Part shown: in pieces, positions 37,187-49,097 of the stretch
Numbering within the stretch: the stretch's first letter is position 1
Layout of the letters: each line of letters opens with the position of its first letter
From: Prorocentrum cordatum
Lineage: Eukaryota
Assembly: GCA_963575745.1 (NCBI GenBank)
Contig: CAUYUJ010000102.1
Span: forward strand, 62,001 to 118,230
Length of the DNA stretch: 56,230 bases
Direction of reading: 5' to 3'
Translations under genes and position numbers: made by a program
The notes under the pieces: generated by a model
Told to the model about the DNA's origin: nothing
The model's database searches: none
What the model saw: only the letters and a program-made list of their open reading frames with translations

Positions 37187-37852
37187 TCGGGCTTGTCCCT
37201 CTACAGGAGGAATATTCCAGAATAGTCCAAACATAGAGTGGGGACGTGTGTGTATATATACATATGTATACACAATATGTGTATGTAGTTGTATTTGTAT
37301 ATGTGTATCTAAATGTATTGTATATATATATGTATGTGTATGTGTATGTGCATGTGTACATATATGTATATGTATGTGAACATACATATATATATGCATA
37401 TGCCTATATATATGTATTTGTATATGCGTATGTATTCGTATATACATATATGTATACGTATATGTATATGCATGTGTATATATAGATATATAAGGACATA
37501 TACATGCATACATGTGTGTATATAAATACGTACATGCTTACGTATACATATACGTATATGTATATGTATGTGTATATGCATAGGTATATGTATTTTATGC
37601 ATCTGTATATGAATATGTAAATGCTTACGTATCTGTATTTGCATATGTGTATGTATACATATATTTATATATGTATATGTATATGTATATGTATATATAT
37701 TTGTATACGTGTATGTACATGTATAGGTACGCGTATATGTATGTGTATATGTATTTGTAGGTATTTGTATGTTTATTTTTATTTATATGTACAATCAAAA
37801 AATACTTTCGACTTATTCGTCTACAATCCCCCCTGTAGGAGGACGTGCCCGA
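37187..37852. mobile_element. MITE family A, copy 2, interior expanded by a (TA/TATG)n microsatellite
   Basis: Ends are TCGGGCTTGTCCCTCTACAGGAGGAATAT and CCTGTAGGAGGACGTGCCCGA. Confidence 0.75.
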
Positions 37853-38694
37853 CTTCATATTACCACCAACGAGAGCCCATCGGGTGGGGCCGTCCCCTGG
37901 GCAGTGGCACGTTCGATCGGCACCCTGACACAAGACGGCGCCCGGCGTGCCACCGCCCAGGGGCCCGTCCTTCGCCGATGGGTTTTCGGTGGCGGTGCCC
38001 AGACCGTCTCCTCTCCTCCTCCTCCTCCTCCTCCTCCTCCTCCTCCCTCCTCCTCCTCCTCCTCCTCCTCCTCCTTCTCCTCCTCCTCCTCTGGCCCCAT
38101 CTAGGCTGCCCAGCCTGGAGTATGTGCGAACTCTGTGGCGCAGCTTTTGTCTCCCAGTGCTGAACGCCGAACGCCATGCCTCTTTACCCTCGCAGTGCTG
38201 ACTTCTTTGTGCCCTGCTCGCGCGCTGCTCGGCACGCGCGCGTGGGTACTGCACCCGCTCTTTTGACCTACGCTAGGAGTAGGTCATGAAACCACGTCTT
38301 GCTGCGCCCGAGCATCAGCGGCCTGAGCGTTTCCCAGCCTTCTGTCACGCGGGGCAGGGCGACACACTATCAGCTCGCACGGCATATTCAGCGTGTCACT
38401 GGGGCCGCCGCCGCGACACGCTACGCAAAAGTTCCTTACTGTAGTGTCCTCCTCCCCAGACTCCCGATGTATTTTTTCACGTTGACCCCATTCCCGAGGA
38501 GCGGCTTTTCCCCGGACGTCTTCTGACCCATTCCCCGGTAGCGGCCACGGCGAGGGCCCCCAGAGGCGAAAACTGCAAACAACCTTCCGTCGTTATTTTT
38601 TCACGACGCAGAGGGAGGGCCCGGATGACCACAGAGTCCGAAACGCGCCGGCATCAGAACAGTGGTCGAGATCGTCGCCTATTTCTTACTCATT

Positions 38695-38853
38695 GTCTTG
38701 GCGATCCTGGCTGGGCCGACGCTGGGACCGGGGCCCGGGGTCGGGGTACTCAGGGGCAACGTCGGGGGGGAAGAGTCTTGGCGATCCTGGCTGGGCCGAC
38801 GCTGGGACCGGGGCCCGGGGTCGGGGTACTCAGGGGCAACGTCGGGGGGGAGA
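38695..38853 (+). repeat. Near-perfect 80-bp tandem duplication
   Basis: GTCTTGGCGATCCTGGCTGGGCCGACGCTGGGACCGGGGCCCGGGGTCGGGGTACTCAGGGGCAACGTCGGGGGGG starts at 38695 and again at 38775. Confidence 0.95.
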
Positions 38854-38861
38854 GGTTGACA

Positions 38862-39014
38862 TCGGGCATGTCCCTCTACAGGAGGAATATCCAAGAATTG
38901 TTCAAAAAGGGTCTGGTGACGATTTTTCGTGCTCTTGTGGCTATTTTTGATCATTTTTTTTTCGCTGCTGTCCCACTCTTCTTCCAAGATCCGCCTGTAG
39001 GAGGACATGCCCGA
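38862..39014. mobile_element. MITE family A, copy 3 (153 bp)
   Basis: TCGGGCATGTCCCTCTACAGG and CCTGTAGGAGGACATGCCCGA form a 21-bp near-perfect TIR. Confidence 0.8.
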
Positions 39015-39100
39015 CCTGAGGATGGGTTCGAGGCCCGAGGCTTTCTCGGACGTTCTCGTTGCCCCTCGGAGGTTTCCCAGCCTCGGGACGCCTCCCATGA

Positions 39101-39283
39101 CGAACGAACAACACACACCCGTACCCATAGGGAGGTCGTTGGGAGGAGGACTGGTTATGCGTATGGGCGCGGGTTGTCGGACCCTGGGGAACGCTCCCGT
39201 TCGAGCGGGGACCCCCCTCCGACAACACGCACCCATAGCCCTCTCCGATCCCCCTATGGGTATGGGTGTGTGTTGTTGGTTCG
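39101..39283. mobile_element. Foldback/MITE-like element with 32-bp TIRs and a second inner inverted repeat
   Basis: CGAACGAACAACACACACCCGTACCCATAGGG versus CCCTATGGGTATGGGTGTGTGTTGTTGGTTCG (2 mismatches). The inner TATGGGCGCGGGTTGTCGGA pairs with TCCGACAACACGCACCCATA. Confidence 0.75.
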
Positions 39284-41669
39284 CCCTCCCAGCAGAACCC
39301 CGCCCTCCTGCCGAGAGCGCGCATCGCCACGAGAGGCCGCCGGAGAGCGGAGCTCCGGGGGGGGCAACGTTCGGGGGGCAGCGTGAAGGGGGGCAGCGTT
39401 GAGGGGGGGCAACGTTCGGGGGGGCAGCGTGAAGGGGAGGAGGAGGAGGAGGAGGAGGAGGAGGAGGAGGAGGAGGAGGAAGGAGGAGGAGGAGGAGGAG
39501 GGAGGAGGAGGAGGAGGAGGAGGAGGAGGAGGAGGAGGAGGAGGAGAGGAGGAGGAGGAGGAGGAGGAGGAGGAGGAGGAGGAGGAGGTTGGAGGAGGAG
39601 GAGGAGGTTGGAGGAGGAGGAGGTTGGAGGAGGTTGGAGGAGGAGGGGGGGCAACTTTAGGGGGGCAGCGTGAAGGGGGGGCAGCGTTGCAGCGTGAGGC
39701 GGCAAGGTCGGGGGGCGGGACGCAGCGACCCCCAGCCGCCCGCTCCTCGCGGACGGGGGCTCGACGGCCCCCCCCGCCCAGGAGCGGGCGGGCTCGCCCT
39801 CGGGGGACGCTCGCCGAGCTGTCCGCGCCGCATCGCCGACTCAAGCTCGAAGCTCCGCACCCGAGCCAGTTCCCTGGTGTGCATGCTGCTCCTTTCCAGT
39901 GCCCGCACGGGGCCCCGCCGCCGCCGGAGCCCCGGCGCAGCAGCCGCCTCAGCCCCCACCGGCGGGGCCGGCCGCGCCAGCCGCCTGCCGCTTTGGGCGT
40001 GGCCCGTCCCCCTGAGCGGCCCTCGCCCTTGTTCTCCCTCCCCGCGGCCGCCCGCTCTTCCGTCCTCCCCTCCTCTTGCGTGGTGGCCACTTCGCTGCAA
40101 CGGTGCCCCGCTTAGTTAGCCTCGTCCGCCAGCGCAGACGATCCCTGCCTAGCCTAGCCGCCGACGCACAGTGGGGACCCATGCCAATAAACACCCTACT
40201 TGCCTCCAGGGTGCCCTGGGTTTCTTGGGTTTCGATGGTTTTGCCATGGAAAGCTTGACGTTCCCGCGCCAAACAGAAATCAGTGGACCTTCTGGGGTCT
40301 AAGGGTTGGGTTCCTTGTGGAAGGTTTCTCGTGGTCCGGCCCCTACTGTAAACAGCCTTCCTGGCCGAGCCGAGGGGACGCACCGGCCCTGGGCCCCGGA
40401 GTGGCCGGGCCAGGGTTGGTGTCCGTGTGCGGCCCAGCGACCTCGTGCGCTCGGGGGGGAGGCGTGGGTCGGGGCCGCCGTGGCCCGAGGCTCCTGGGGG
40501 GCGACAGATGGGGAGGAGGAGGAGGGGGAGGAGGAGGAGGAGGAGGAGGAGGAGGAGGAGGAGGAGGAGAGGAGTTGGAGGAGGAGGAGGAGGAGGAGGA
40601 GGAGTAAGGAGGTTGGAGGAGAGGGGGGGAGGAGGGGGGGGAGCAGGGGAGGAGGAGGGAGGAGGGAGCTGGGGCGGCATCCTCGCCTAGTCTCCTCGCC
40701 TCGCCTAGCCTGAGGCTCCTGGGGAGTACGTGGGGGGCAGAGGGCTGCCGAAAAGGGGGCCTTCGAGGGCCCCGAAAGGGCCCTTTCGGGCCCAGAGGGG
40801 GGCCTCTTGGGGCTTGAGAAGGGCACTTTTGCCCCCACCCCACCCCCCCCCCCCCCCCACCCCCCCCCTCCCCCCTCCCTCATTTATAGCCCACCGTTAG
40901 TTCGCGCCCAAGGCTCGGTGATACAGTTCTCGGCGCTTGTGGGCCTCGCTGGGCCTCGGGCGGCCTTTGGAGCGCCTCCCAGGGACCTCCGCTGAACTGC
41001 AGGGACCTCTGGGCAGTTCCGTTTGTTTTCAGATCCAGGGCTTCCAGGGGCAGCTTTCGGGGCCCTGGAACGTCACGGAACGACCTGGGCTGTCCTGGCG
41101 GTCCAACGCCATGAAGTCTCAATCCAAACTTATCAAGCTTTCTGTTGTTATTGTTGGTGTTTCATTTTCATGTATGTTGTTCTTCCTTTTCTTGGTCGGA
41201 TGCATGTCTTTTTGTTTTTGCTTGCATCGCGTGCTATGGGGCGCCAGGCCGCCAACGCGTAGCCGTTCTTCGTGCACAACATGCCAGTCCTGTAGAAAAG
41301 GATGCGGTTTCTTGCCCATGGCAAGAGCAGTTTGCTCGCTAACCTCCAAGTTTCCTGTTGTGGTGTCGTCGCGTGATATGGCATGTCTAGTTTAGTTCAT
41401 AGCATTCAATTATTCAGTTTGCTGGCAAGTTGTGGCTTTTTGTTCGTGCTATTTCCATATGCTTGCATGAGAGTTTGCTTGATTTTGAAAGGCACGCGCA
41501 CTATAGTGTAGGTTTTTAGGCGCGGTTCGGGATTATTATTTTCCGACATGAATTCGGCAATTAATGCATAAGCAAGTTGCTAGGATCAATTTGAGAGTTA
41601 TGTCGCTGCTTCAAATTATCCGGTTTAGTTTTGCTGCCGCATCGCCCGTTGATTACCTCCTTAATGACC

Positions 41670-42425
41670 CTGCTTAATTTCTTGCTGAATTTTCCCGCTT
41701 AATTTTCCTGCTCGTTCTTACTGCTAAATTTGTTGCTGAGCTTTATTGTTTAATGTTATGTTCAATTCTTGCTGCTGCTTAATTTCCTGCTTGTTTTTTC
41801 TGCTAATTTTTCCGCTTCATTTTTTCCTGCCTTAATTTTCCTGTTAATTTATCCTGCTAATTTGTTCCCATCAGTTCGTCGTATGAATTCAGCAGGCTCC
41901 GCTAATGTCGGCGGCGATCCATGTTTTTAGCGACGTCGTTAATCATCGCCGCCAATCTATTTCTAATTTGGGTAAATCCTGCGTGTACCAAACATTGCGG
42001 GTGCGTCTGGGGAGCTCCCAGAGGAAAGCTCGTATGCCGCCGATTTAGGCTTAAACGGGAGCCTGAATCGGCGCCGTCGCGTGGCGCCTCAATTTCTGCG
42101 CTGAAATTGACGCCTGGCTGTTCGACGTAGCACAGGCTTGATTTCCCTGCTTAATCTAATTGTACTGCTGACTTTTCCTGCTTTCATTTCCTGCTTAAGT
42201 TTCCTGCTCAGTCTCCATGCTCAACTTCCTGCTCGAGTTTGCTGCTCAGTTTCTTGCTCAAGTTCCCTGCTCGATTTCCTGCTGAACTTTCCTGCTTAAT
42301 TTCTGGTTGGATGTTACTGCTCAGTTTCCTGTTTCATAGTTCTGTTTAATTTCCTGCTCAGTTTTCCTGCTGAAATCACTGCCTGAGTTTACTGCTTAGT
42401 TTCCTGCTTCATTTTCCTGCATATT
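41670..42425 (+). repeat. Degenerate ~13-14-bp minisatellite (TTTCCTGCT(T/C)AA(T/G)) in two blocks
   Basis: Blocks at ~41670-41870 and ~42140-42425. Confidence 0.8.
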
Positions 42426-43820
42426 TCTTCTTTTGGGGGCTTCTTCTCGTTTGCTGTATAAGGTTTGTTTTGGTGAACGCTGTTGTGCTACGTCGAGAGC
42501 TTGAATGTGGATTCATTTATTCTGGGTATTTGATTGCATTTTATTTCCAGCTTGAGCTGATGATCGTCTCCACAGCGAGCTACGGCCGTCATTTGTGAGC
42601 TGGGACGTGATTTCCGTCCGTACTTGTGCACAGGCATTAGTTCCAGTCTCCATCTCAGCATCATCTCACGCGGTTTGAGCCACCCTCCCCACCCCCCTCT
42701 CACCGGCAGGAGTCCATGTCGGCAGGAGGCAAACGTTTGGTTGTCGACACCTCCGCGGGCTACCTCTACATAGTCCCAGACATACGGACACATAGCAAAC
42801 ATTGTGCCCTCATTTGTGTACGTCGGTCCGCCACGAGTGCTGAAAACTGGTCCCAAGGAAGGGGCCAAGAGCCCCGGGAGCCCACGCTACGAAGAAATTG
42901 CGACGCTGGAGGGGAGGGGACATCAAAGTTCATTGGGCGCGACCGACAATAGAGCCACCGCACCCAGAGGCCTGCGCAGGGCCAATAAGGATGACAGCTT
43001 GTAACATCTTCGATCTTCGACGCAACAGCCCTTCAGGCTCTAAATCATCTTGCCTCTTAGGAGGAGGAGGAGGAGGAGGAGGAGGAGGAGGAGGAGGAGG
43101 AGGAGGAGATGGAGGGGGAGATTCAGGTGGAGACGGAGGAGATGGCATGCAGGAAAACGTCGTCGGCCGTAACACACAGCAGCAGGACAGGTACGCAGCC
43201 CAACGGTTTTAACACCAGCCGAGCTTCCGTGGGAGGCTCACGCGCGGTGCCGGTCGACGGGAGGGGCCCACCCAAGACCACCCACGGCACGCTCGGAGCA
43301 TGCAAGCAGCAGGTCCGCGACAAGGCGACTGTGGGGCCCACGCAGGCGAGCCTCCCGAAGCTCGTTCCTCTCGTTCTTCCTCTCGTTCAGGATGGGCCGA
43401 TTGCCCATCACCACTACCATAGGCAGGAGAGGGAGGAGGAGGAGGAGGAGGAGGAGGAGGAGGAGGAGGAGGAGGGAGGAGGAGGAGGGAGGAGGAGGAG
43501 GAGGAGGAGGAGGAGGAGGAGGAGGAGGAGGAAGGAGGAGGAGGAGGAGGAGGAGGGGAGGAGGAGGAGGAGGAGGAGGAGGAGGAGGAGTAAGGGAAGG
43601 ATGATGATGAGGAGGAGGAGAAGGAGGAGGATGAGGAGGAGGAGGAGGAGGACGAGGTAGTAGATAGACAGAGCGGCCTGGGGGGGCGGAGCAGTGCATG
43701 AGCAGTATGGATGGGCCCCCGCCGTCGCCGCTCAGCGGCACCTTCACTGTGGCCACGGCGCCACGCTGCACCCGCCACTTGCCGAACGAGGCGTAGTCGA
43801 TCGGCCACTCCCGTTATAAT

Positions 43821-44675
43821 TCACATCCCAGCGAGCCATGCCGCCAGTTCATCTTCCATGACTCCCGCTGGAGGCCTGCCCGTCTTCGCGGTGGCTCCAA
43901 CCTGTAGCAGGGCGCGGTGGATACTGTCTTTGATGTTGGCCTGCTTCAGCTGGAGCTCTGACGGGTCCTCCTCTGCTTCTGCTTCTGTCCATGCACCCTG
44001 CTCGATGAATATGGTGAGCTTGGCTTGGTTGCCGTCGAAACACTTGCTGAGCTTCCGATGCTTGACATTGTTGAGGACCGTCGCTGCGCCGATCGTGTCC
44101 ACGAACTTCCCGTGCTCCGTCAAGATGGTCCTGGTCTTGGCCCCCACGTCCTCGGTGCAGAGGGTCGAAATAAGTGTGATGTACATGTGTCCCTCGGGCG
44201 GACCGAAAGAATGACCTTTGCCCGCCTCCCTGCATCTGTCCGCGTAGATCTTCCTGCAAGCCCTCAGGGATTTGATCACCTTGCTCTGCGTGGGCATGAG
44301 GTACGTACTGTAGACTGCTGCTACCACCCACGCCAGCTGCTGCGTGTTGGCTAAAACCTGTTTGATGAGGACCGTGAGGAGCTTCTGGAGCTTGGGGTCG
44401 CACTTCGTCTGGTAGGCCTCTCCACCTCTCTGGTGGCGCTGAAGGCGTTGTCCTGCTGATGCTGCCGCGGCTGGTCCTGCGTCGCCCTTCTCCTGCGTGT
44501 CTCCCATGGCCGCGTCCTCGCCCTCCGCGGCGCCCTCGCCCTCTGGCCCTTTCTTCTTGTTGCCCTTGCCGCCTTTGGGGTGCGCCGTCTTCTGGTGCTT
44601 GGCCGTGCGCTCGGTGTCCGCCATGCTGCTGGCCACGTCGTTGATCTCCTTCTCGCTGGGCACGCACCAAGTCAT
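43821..44675 (-). CDS. Intact 284-aa ORF of unknown function, downstream of and overlapping the zinc-finger ORF
   Basis: Uninterrupted ORF with GC3-biased codons. A basic/acidic disordered N-terminus (KGGKGNKKK) precedes a globular-looking domain with GKGHSFGPP and a terminal GRPPAGVMEDEL. Start is at 44675 or 44624. Confidence 0.75.
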   Translation of the reverse strand: MTWCVPSEKEINDVASSMADTERTAKHQKTAHPKGGKGNKKKGPEGEGAAEGEDAAMGDTQEKGDAGPAAAASAGQRLQRHQRGGEAYQTKCDPKLQKLLTVLIKQVLANTQQLAWVVAAVYSTYLMPTQSKVIKSLRACRKIYADRCREAGKGHSFGPPEGHMYITLISTLCTEDVGAKTRTILTEHGKFVDTIGAATVLNNVKHRKLSKCFDGNQAKLTIFIEQGAWTEAEAEEDPSELQLKQANIKDSIHRALLQVGATAKTGRPPAGVMEDELAAWLAGM

Positions 44676-44679
44676 CTGT

Positions 44680-45446
44680 GTAGAGGCCGATGGCTAAAGA
44701 AATCTCGTGCTGCTCGGATGGCAGGTGTATCTCGCAAATGTGGTCCTGGAAGCTTGAGAGGTGTGGAAACGGCGGCAGATCAGGACAGAGTTGGCAAACT
44801 GGATTCTCCAAAGTAGGTAGTGGGTAGCTGAGTCTCGTGTTGTCGGCAATGCAGCGCTGATGCTTAAGAGACCGCAACAGATGGTCTTCAGCTTGGGCGC
44901 GATCGAGGAACGTCGTACGACAGAGGGGACACTGATTCGTGAGGTCACTGCTGCCGCTGCCGATCGCATCCCGTGTTCTCCACCTTTTGTCGCGGTCTGA
45001 TGTGTGCAGAGTGCTGCCCATGTCGAGAAAACTCGGACACAGACTTGTCCTGTGTCCTTGCGGAGCTCACATTTGTAGAAGCCCAGCTCATCGCCATCTC
45101 GTACATCTTCCGCTGGTTGCTGAGGCTCGAGCCCTGGCGGAGGAATCGATACTGCTGATGCCTTGGCTCGGAGCTCTGCCACGTTTATCTTGAGGGAAAC
45201 CATTGAGACTTCTGCGTCATGATAAAGTTGCGTGATGCTGCCGTCCCACATGTAGCTGAACTGCTCGGCGCTGTCAAGTTCGAGGATAGCGAGGATGTCC
45301 TGGTAGTACTGCTTGGCCATCGGGTTCGCCTCTGGCACGAGGCGGCCGTCGTCATCCAACTCGCCGTTCTGCTCCCTGTTGGCATCGTTCTCGAACTGGA
45401 TGCATCCGAAGAGCGCCGTGAGCCACTGGTCATAGTCGGGCGGGTG
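44680..45446 (-). pseudogene. Frameshifted C-terminal fragment of a retroelement ORF with three C2H2-like zinc fingers
   Basis: Joining ORF 44694-45527 to ORF 43849-45021 at ~44942 restores a continuous zinc-finger series. Confidence 0.65.
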
Positions 45447-46388
45447 AGGAGGGGGAGGAGGAGGACCTCCCCATCCTCCCTTCTTCCCCGTCCTATCCAT
45501 GGTAGTGGTGGTGGAAAGTTTTCCCATCAGTTCATGAACATGGCGAGTTGCGCATGCAGGTGCTCGTCCGCCAGGTGCTCAGGTCATTGTCGGGCGGGCC
45601 GACCGCCGCGAGATGCGCGAGCGTCCCCGCGACGAGCTGCTTGCGCGACGGCGAGCCGAGATCCTGCACCGAAGGCTGCGAGGGCCCAACCGCCGTGTCC
45701 GTGAGTACCACGGACCCAGCAGTACAGTCGAAACCGACAGTGAGGACGGGCAACCTTCCCAAGGGTGCCCTTGCATCCCTGCCTCCTCGGCCCATCCTCA
45801 GCTCCTTTCGATTGCCAGCCCCGCTCGAATTGCTTCGACATGGGCGTCCAAGGGGCTTGCACCCTTCTCGCGCATCCTCATTCTCAGTTTTGACTGTAGC
45901 GGAAGCGCAGGGTCCGCAAGCGTCCGCGCCACCGGCGGCGGCCGCCAGCGGCGCGGGCCGCGGCACGCCATCGGCCCACGAGTCGCCGAAGCTCACGACG
46001 GACGCGGACCCCTCGTCACGACCCGTCTCGACCCTGGCCCGCACTCCACCATACCCTTCGGTTGCATCAGGCCGCCCAGCGCGCGCCGCTGGCGCGCCGC
46101 TGGGCGCGCCGCTGCCCGAGGCGACGGCGCCGTCGGGGACGTCGCGCTCAACCTCTGCCGCCGCCGTGGGAGGCGGGCGGGCCAGCCAGCGCGGCGCCAT
46201 CGGCACCAGGCTGCGCCCGCACGGCGAAGGCTGCCGCCGACAGCCGAGCGCGCGCCACAGCGGCGACCGCTCGTCTCTCGGTGCTTCGGCAAGCACGGGT
46301 CGGCACGGGCAGCAGCAGCCACGAGGGCGGCGCCGTCCGAGACCGAGAGAACCCCTCCGGCCCCTCGCCGAGCCGATGGGTATGCGTC

Positions 46389-46551
46389 GACCGAGAAGTA
46401 AACGACACCACCCCACCCCACCTACGGACCTCCATGCTGCGCTGCGGCCCATGGGGCGCCGTTGCGTATACCACGCAAAAGCCCACGCCAGGTTTCCTGG
46501 TACGCGCTAAGCCCCCGCCGTAGGTGGGGTGGTGTCGTCTGTTTTCTGGTC
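46389..46551. mobile_element. MITE-like element with imperfect TIRs (~160 bp)
   Basis: ACGACACCACCCCAC(CCCAC)CTACGG (46402-46427) versus CCGTAGGTGGGGTGGTGTCGT (46518-46538), with a weaker outward extension. Confidence 0.65.
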
Positions 46552-48059
46552 CATGTGCAATCGCTTGGGCCGAAACGGGAGCGGGAGACGGGGGAGGAGG
46601 GGAGGAGGAGGAGGAGGAGGATTCGAGAAGGGTTCGTGAGGGCGGGGGCGAGAAGGAGATGATGGGAGGACGATGGTGGCATCACGATGACCGCCGCACC
46701 GCCCGTCGCGCCCGTGCCCGCCGCTGTGCCCGTCATGCGGGCCAGCAGGTTTTTGGAGGGCTTCTTCCAGTATGTCGGGGAGACTTCGCTGATAGGCGAT
46801 GCGGGCGGGTGCGGCCGCCTCGTTCACCTCCTTCTACTCGTCGTCCTCCTGGTCGTCGTCGTCCTCCTCCTCATGCTCCTTCTCCTCCTCCTGCTCCTGC
46901 TTCATGTGCTCCTCCTGTGTTTTTTGTTTTTTTGTTTTTGTTGTTTCCTCTTCCCTGCACCTCCTCCTTCCTATCCTCGTTCTTTCTCCTCCTTTTTCTC
47001 CTGCTCCTCCACGGACGGTCAGTGCAAACGGGGGTCAGCCAGAGCGCTGGATCTTGCAGGATGCAGAGCCATGGGTGCATTGACCTGGGCTAGCGCGCAT
47101 GATCTTGTAGGATCCTGCGGGACTCTGCAGGATCCTGCAGAGCCTCACTGACCCGGGCTTGTATTCACTCGGGTCGGTGCGTCCCCGAACAGGTGCGGAC
47201 TGAAAAGTTCGAATCGTCGGATGTCTGGCAGGGATCCTTGGTTGGCAGGGTCTCCCGAGGGCTTCTTCGCCCTGGCCTTCGTGGCCAGGGGCAGAGGGCC
47301 CTGGGATCCAGGCGCTGCACTTTTTTCGCACCCTCATCTTCCTCCTCCACCTCCTCCTCCTCCTCCTCCTCCTCCCCTCATCCTCCTCCTCCTCCTCCTC
47401 CTCCTCCTCCTCTCCTCCTCCTCCCCTCTGTTCGTTTCGGGCTCCCAGGGCCCTCACGGATCGATCGGCTTGAGAAGTGCCGCTCCGTGGGTGCGGCAAT
47501 CATTTGTGCGAATACCGGCGGACTTGCCAGTGGGATTTGTGCGCGTTACGCGCATCGCAGTTGTGCGGCAATGCGTGTTGTGTGATCTTTTGGTATGCAG
47601 CTCTGCTCCAGGGGTCGGAGCTTACCGTACTTCTGCACGGCCTCTCCTTTTACTTCCTCACTCCCCTGTTTCTCTCCAGCCTGACGTCGCCAGTTCGTCT
47701 TGGGGTGAATTTATATCGATCCAGTCACTCGACATCCGTGCTGACCTTGCCGGCGAATGGGCGATTGTGGATGATCGTGTGGCCGCGCCAAACAAGAATA
47801 GCTGAGAATCATAGGGTCCAGTGCTCTGGTCGCGAATTTCTTCGTGATGTTGAGATTTTGGTAAGATGCCATATCTCAGAAAGACGGGAGGACGGACGGG
47901 GGCGGGTGAGGGGCGATGCATCAGCCCGAGCACAGGGCGCCTGTCAACTCGAGGGCTGATCCACTTGCAGGAGCGGGGCGGAAGAACTCAGGGGGGCCCC
48001 ACTGAAGGAGGGGTAGCCGGGTGAACCAGACTGAATAAGGTGGTAAGGAGGAATGCGAT

Positions 48060-48165
48060 GAGCAGGAGGCGGATGATGATGATGATGTTGACGGTGATGA
48101 TGCTGCTGATGATGATGAGGATGATGACCTGGATGATGATCGTTATGATGATTATGATGATGATA

Positions 48166-48216
<51 letters not shown>

Positions 48217-48772
48217 CTGATGCTGATGATGTTCAGGATCATGAGCCGCATGCTGATGATGCTTACGATGATGATGATGATTATGCTGCTGATGGTGGTG
48301 GTGGTGGTGAGGTGATGGTGATGAGGATGGTGATGATGATGATTCTGATGCTGATGGTGATGATGGTGATGGTGGTGGTTGTGGTGGTGGAGGTGGTGGT
48401 GATGGTGATGGTGATGGTGATGATGATGACGACGACGATTATGATGAAGATGATGCTGATGGTGATGATGATCATCATTCTGATGATGAGGACGATGATG
48501 ATGATGGTGAGGATGATGACGATGCTGATGATGATGATGATGATGATGATGATAATGATGATGATCATGATGACGGCGACGGCGGCGACGACTTCGAAGA
48601 TGATGATGCTGAGGAGGATGCTGATCATGATGGCAGTGATGCTGATGATGCTGGTGATGATGACGATGATGGCGACGATGACGATGATGATGCTGACGAT
48701 GGTGATTATGACGCAGATGATGATGCTGACCATGCTGATGAAGATGGTGATGGTAATGGTGCAGGTGACGAT

Positions 48773-48803
<31 letters not shown>

Positions 48804-49003
48804 TCGATGCTCATGATGATGATTATGATGCTCATGATGAGGATGATGCTTATGATGATGATGCTGCTGATGATGGTAATGATGCTGGTGATGACGGTGA
48901 TGCTGACGATGCTGCTCTTAGTGTTGATGATTATGATGCTGATGATGATGAGGATGCTGATCGGGATGATGGTGCTTATGATGATGCTGATGATGATGGT
49001 GAA

Positions 49004-49056
<53 letters not shown>

Positions 49057-49066
49057 CGATGACGAC

Positions 49067-49097
<31 letters not shown>

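Larger units (their letters stand above)
43658..45446 (-). mobile_element. 5'-truncated non-LTR retrotransposon (RTE-like C-terminus with three zinc fingers), an additional downstream ORF, and a (CCT)n tail
   Basis: Minus strand: HPPDYDQWLTALFG..ANPMAKQYYQD (resembles the post-RT region). Zinc fingers follow: CELRKDTGQVC..F...AALCTH...H, then after a frameshift at ~44942 NQCPLCRTTF..AEDHL..C and CQLCPDLPPF...FQDHICEIH. Then come ORF 43821-44675, about 160 nt of 3' UTR and a (CCT)n tract at 43425-43657. A short (CCT)n also lies at the 5' junction (45447-45465). No RT core is present, so the class is inferred. Confidence 0.6.
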
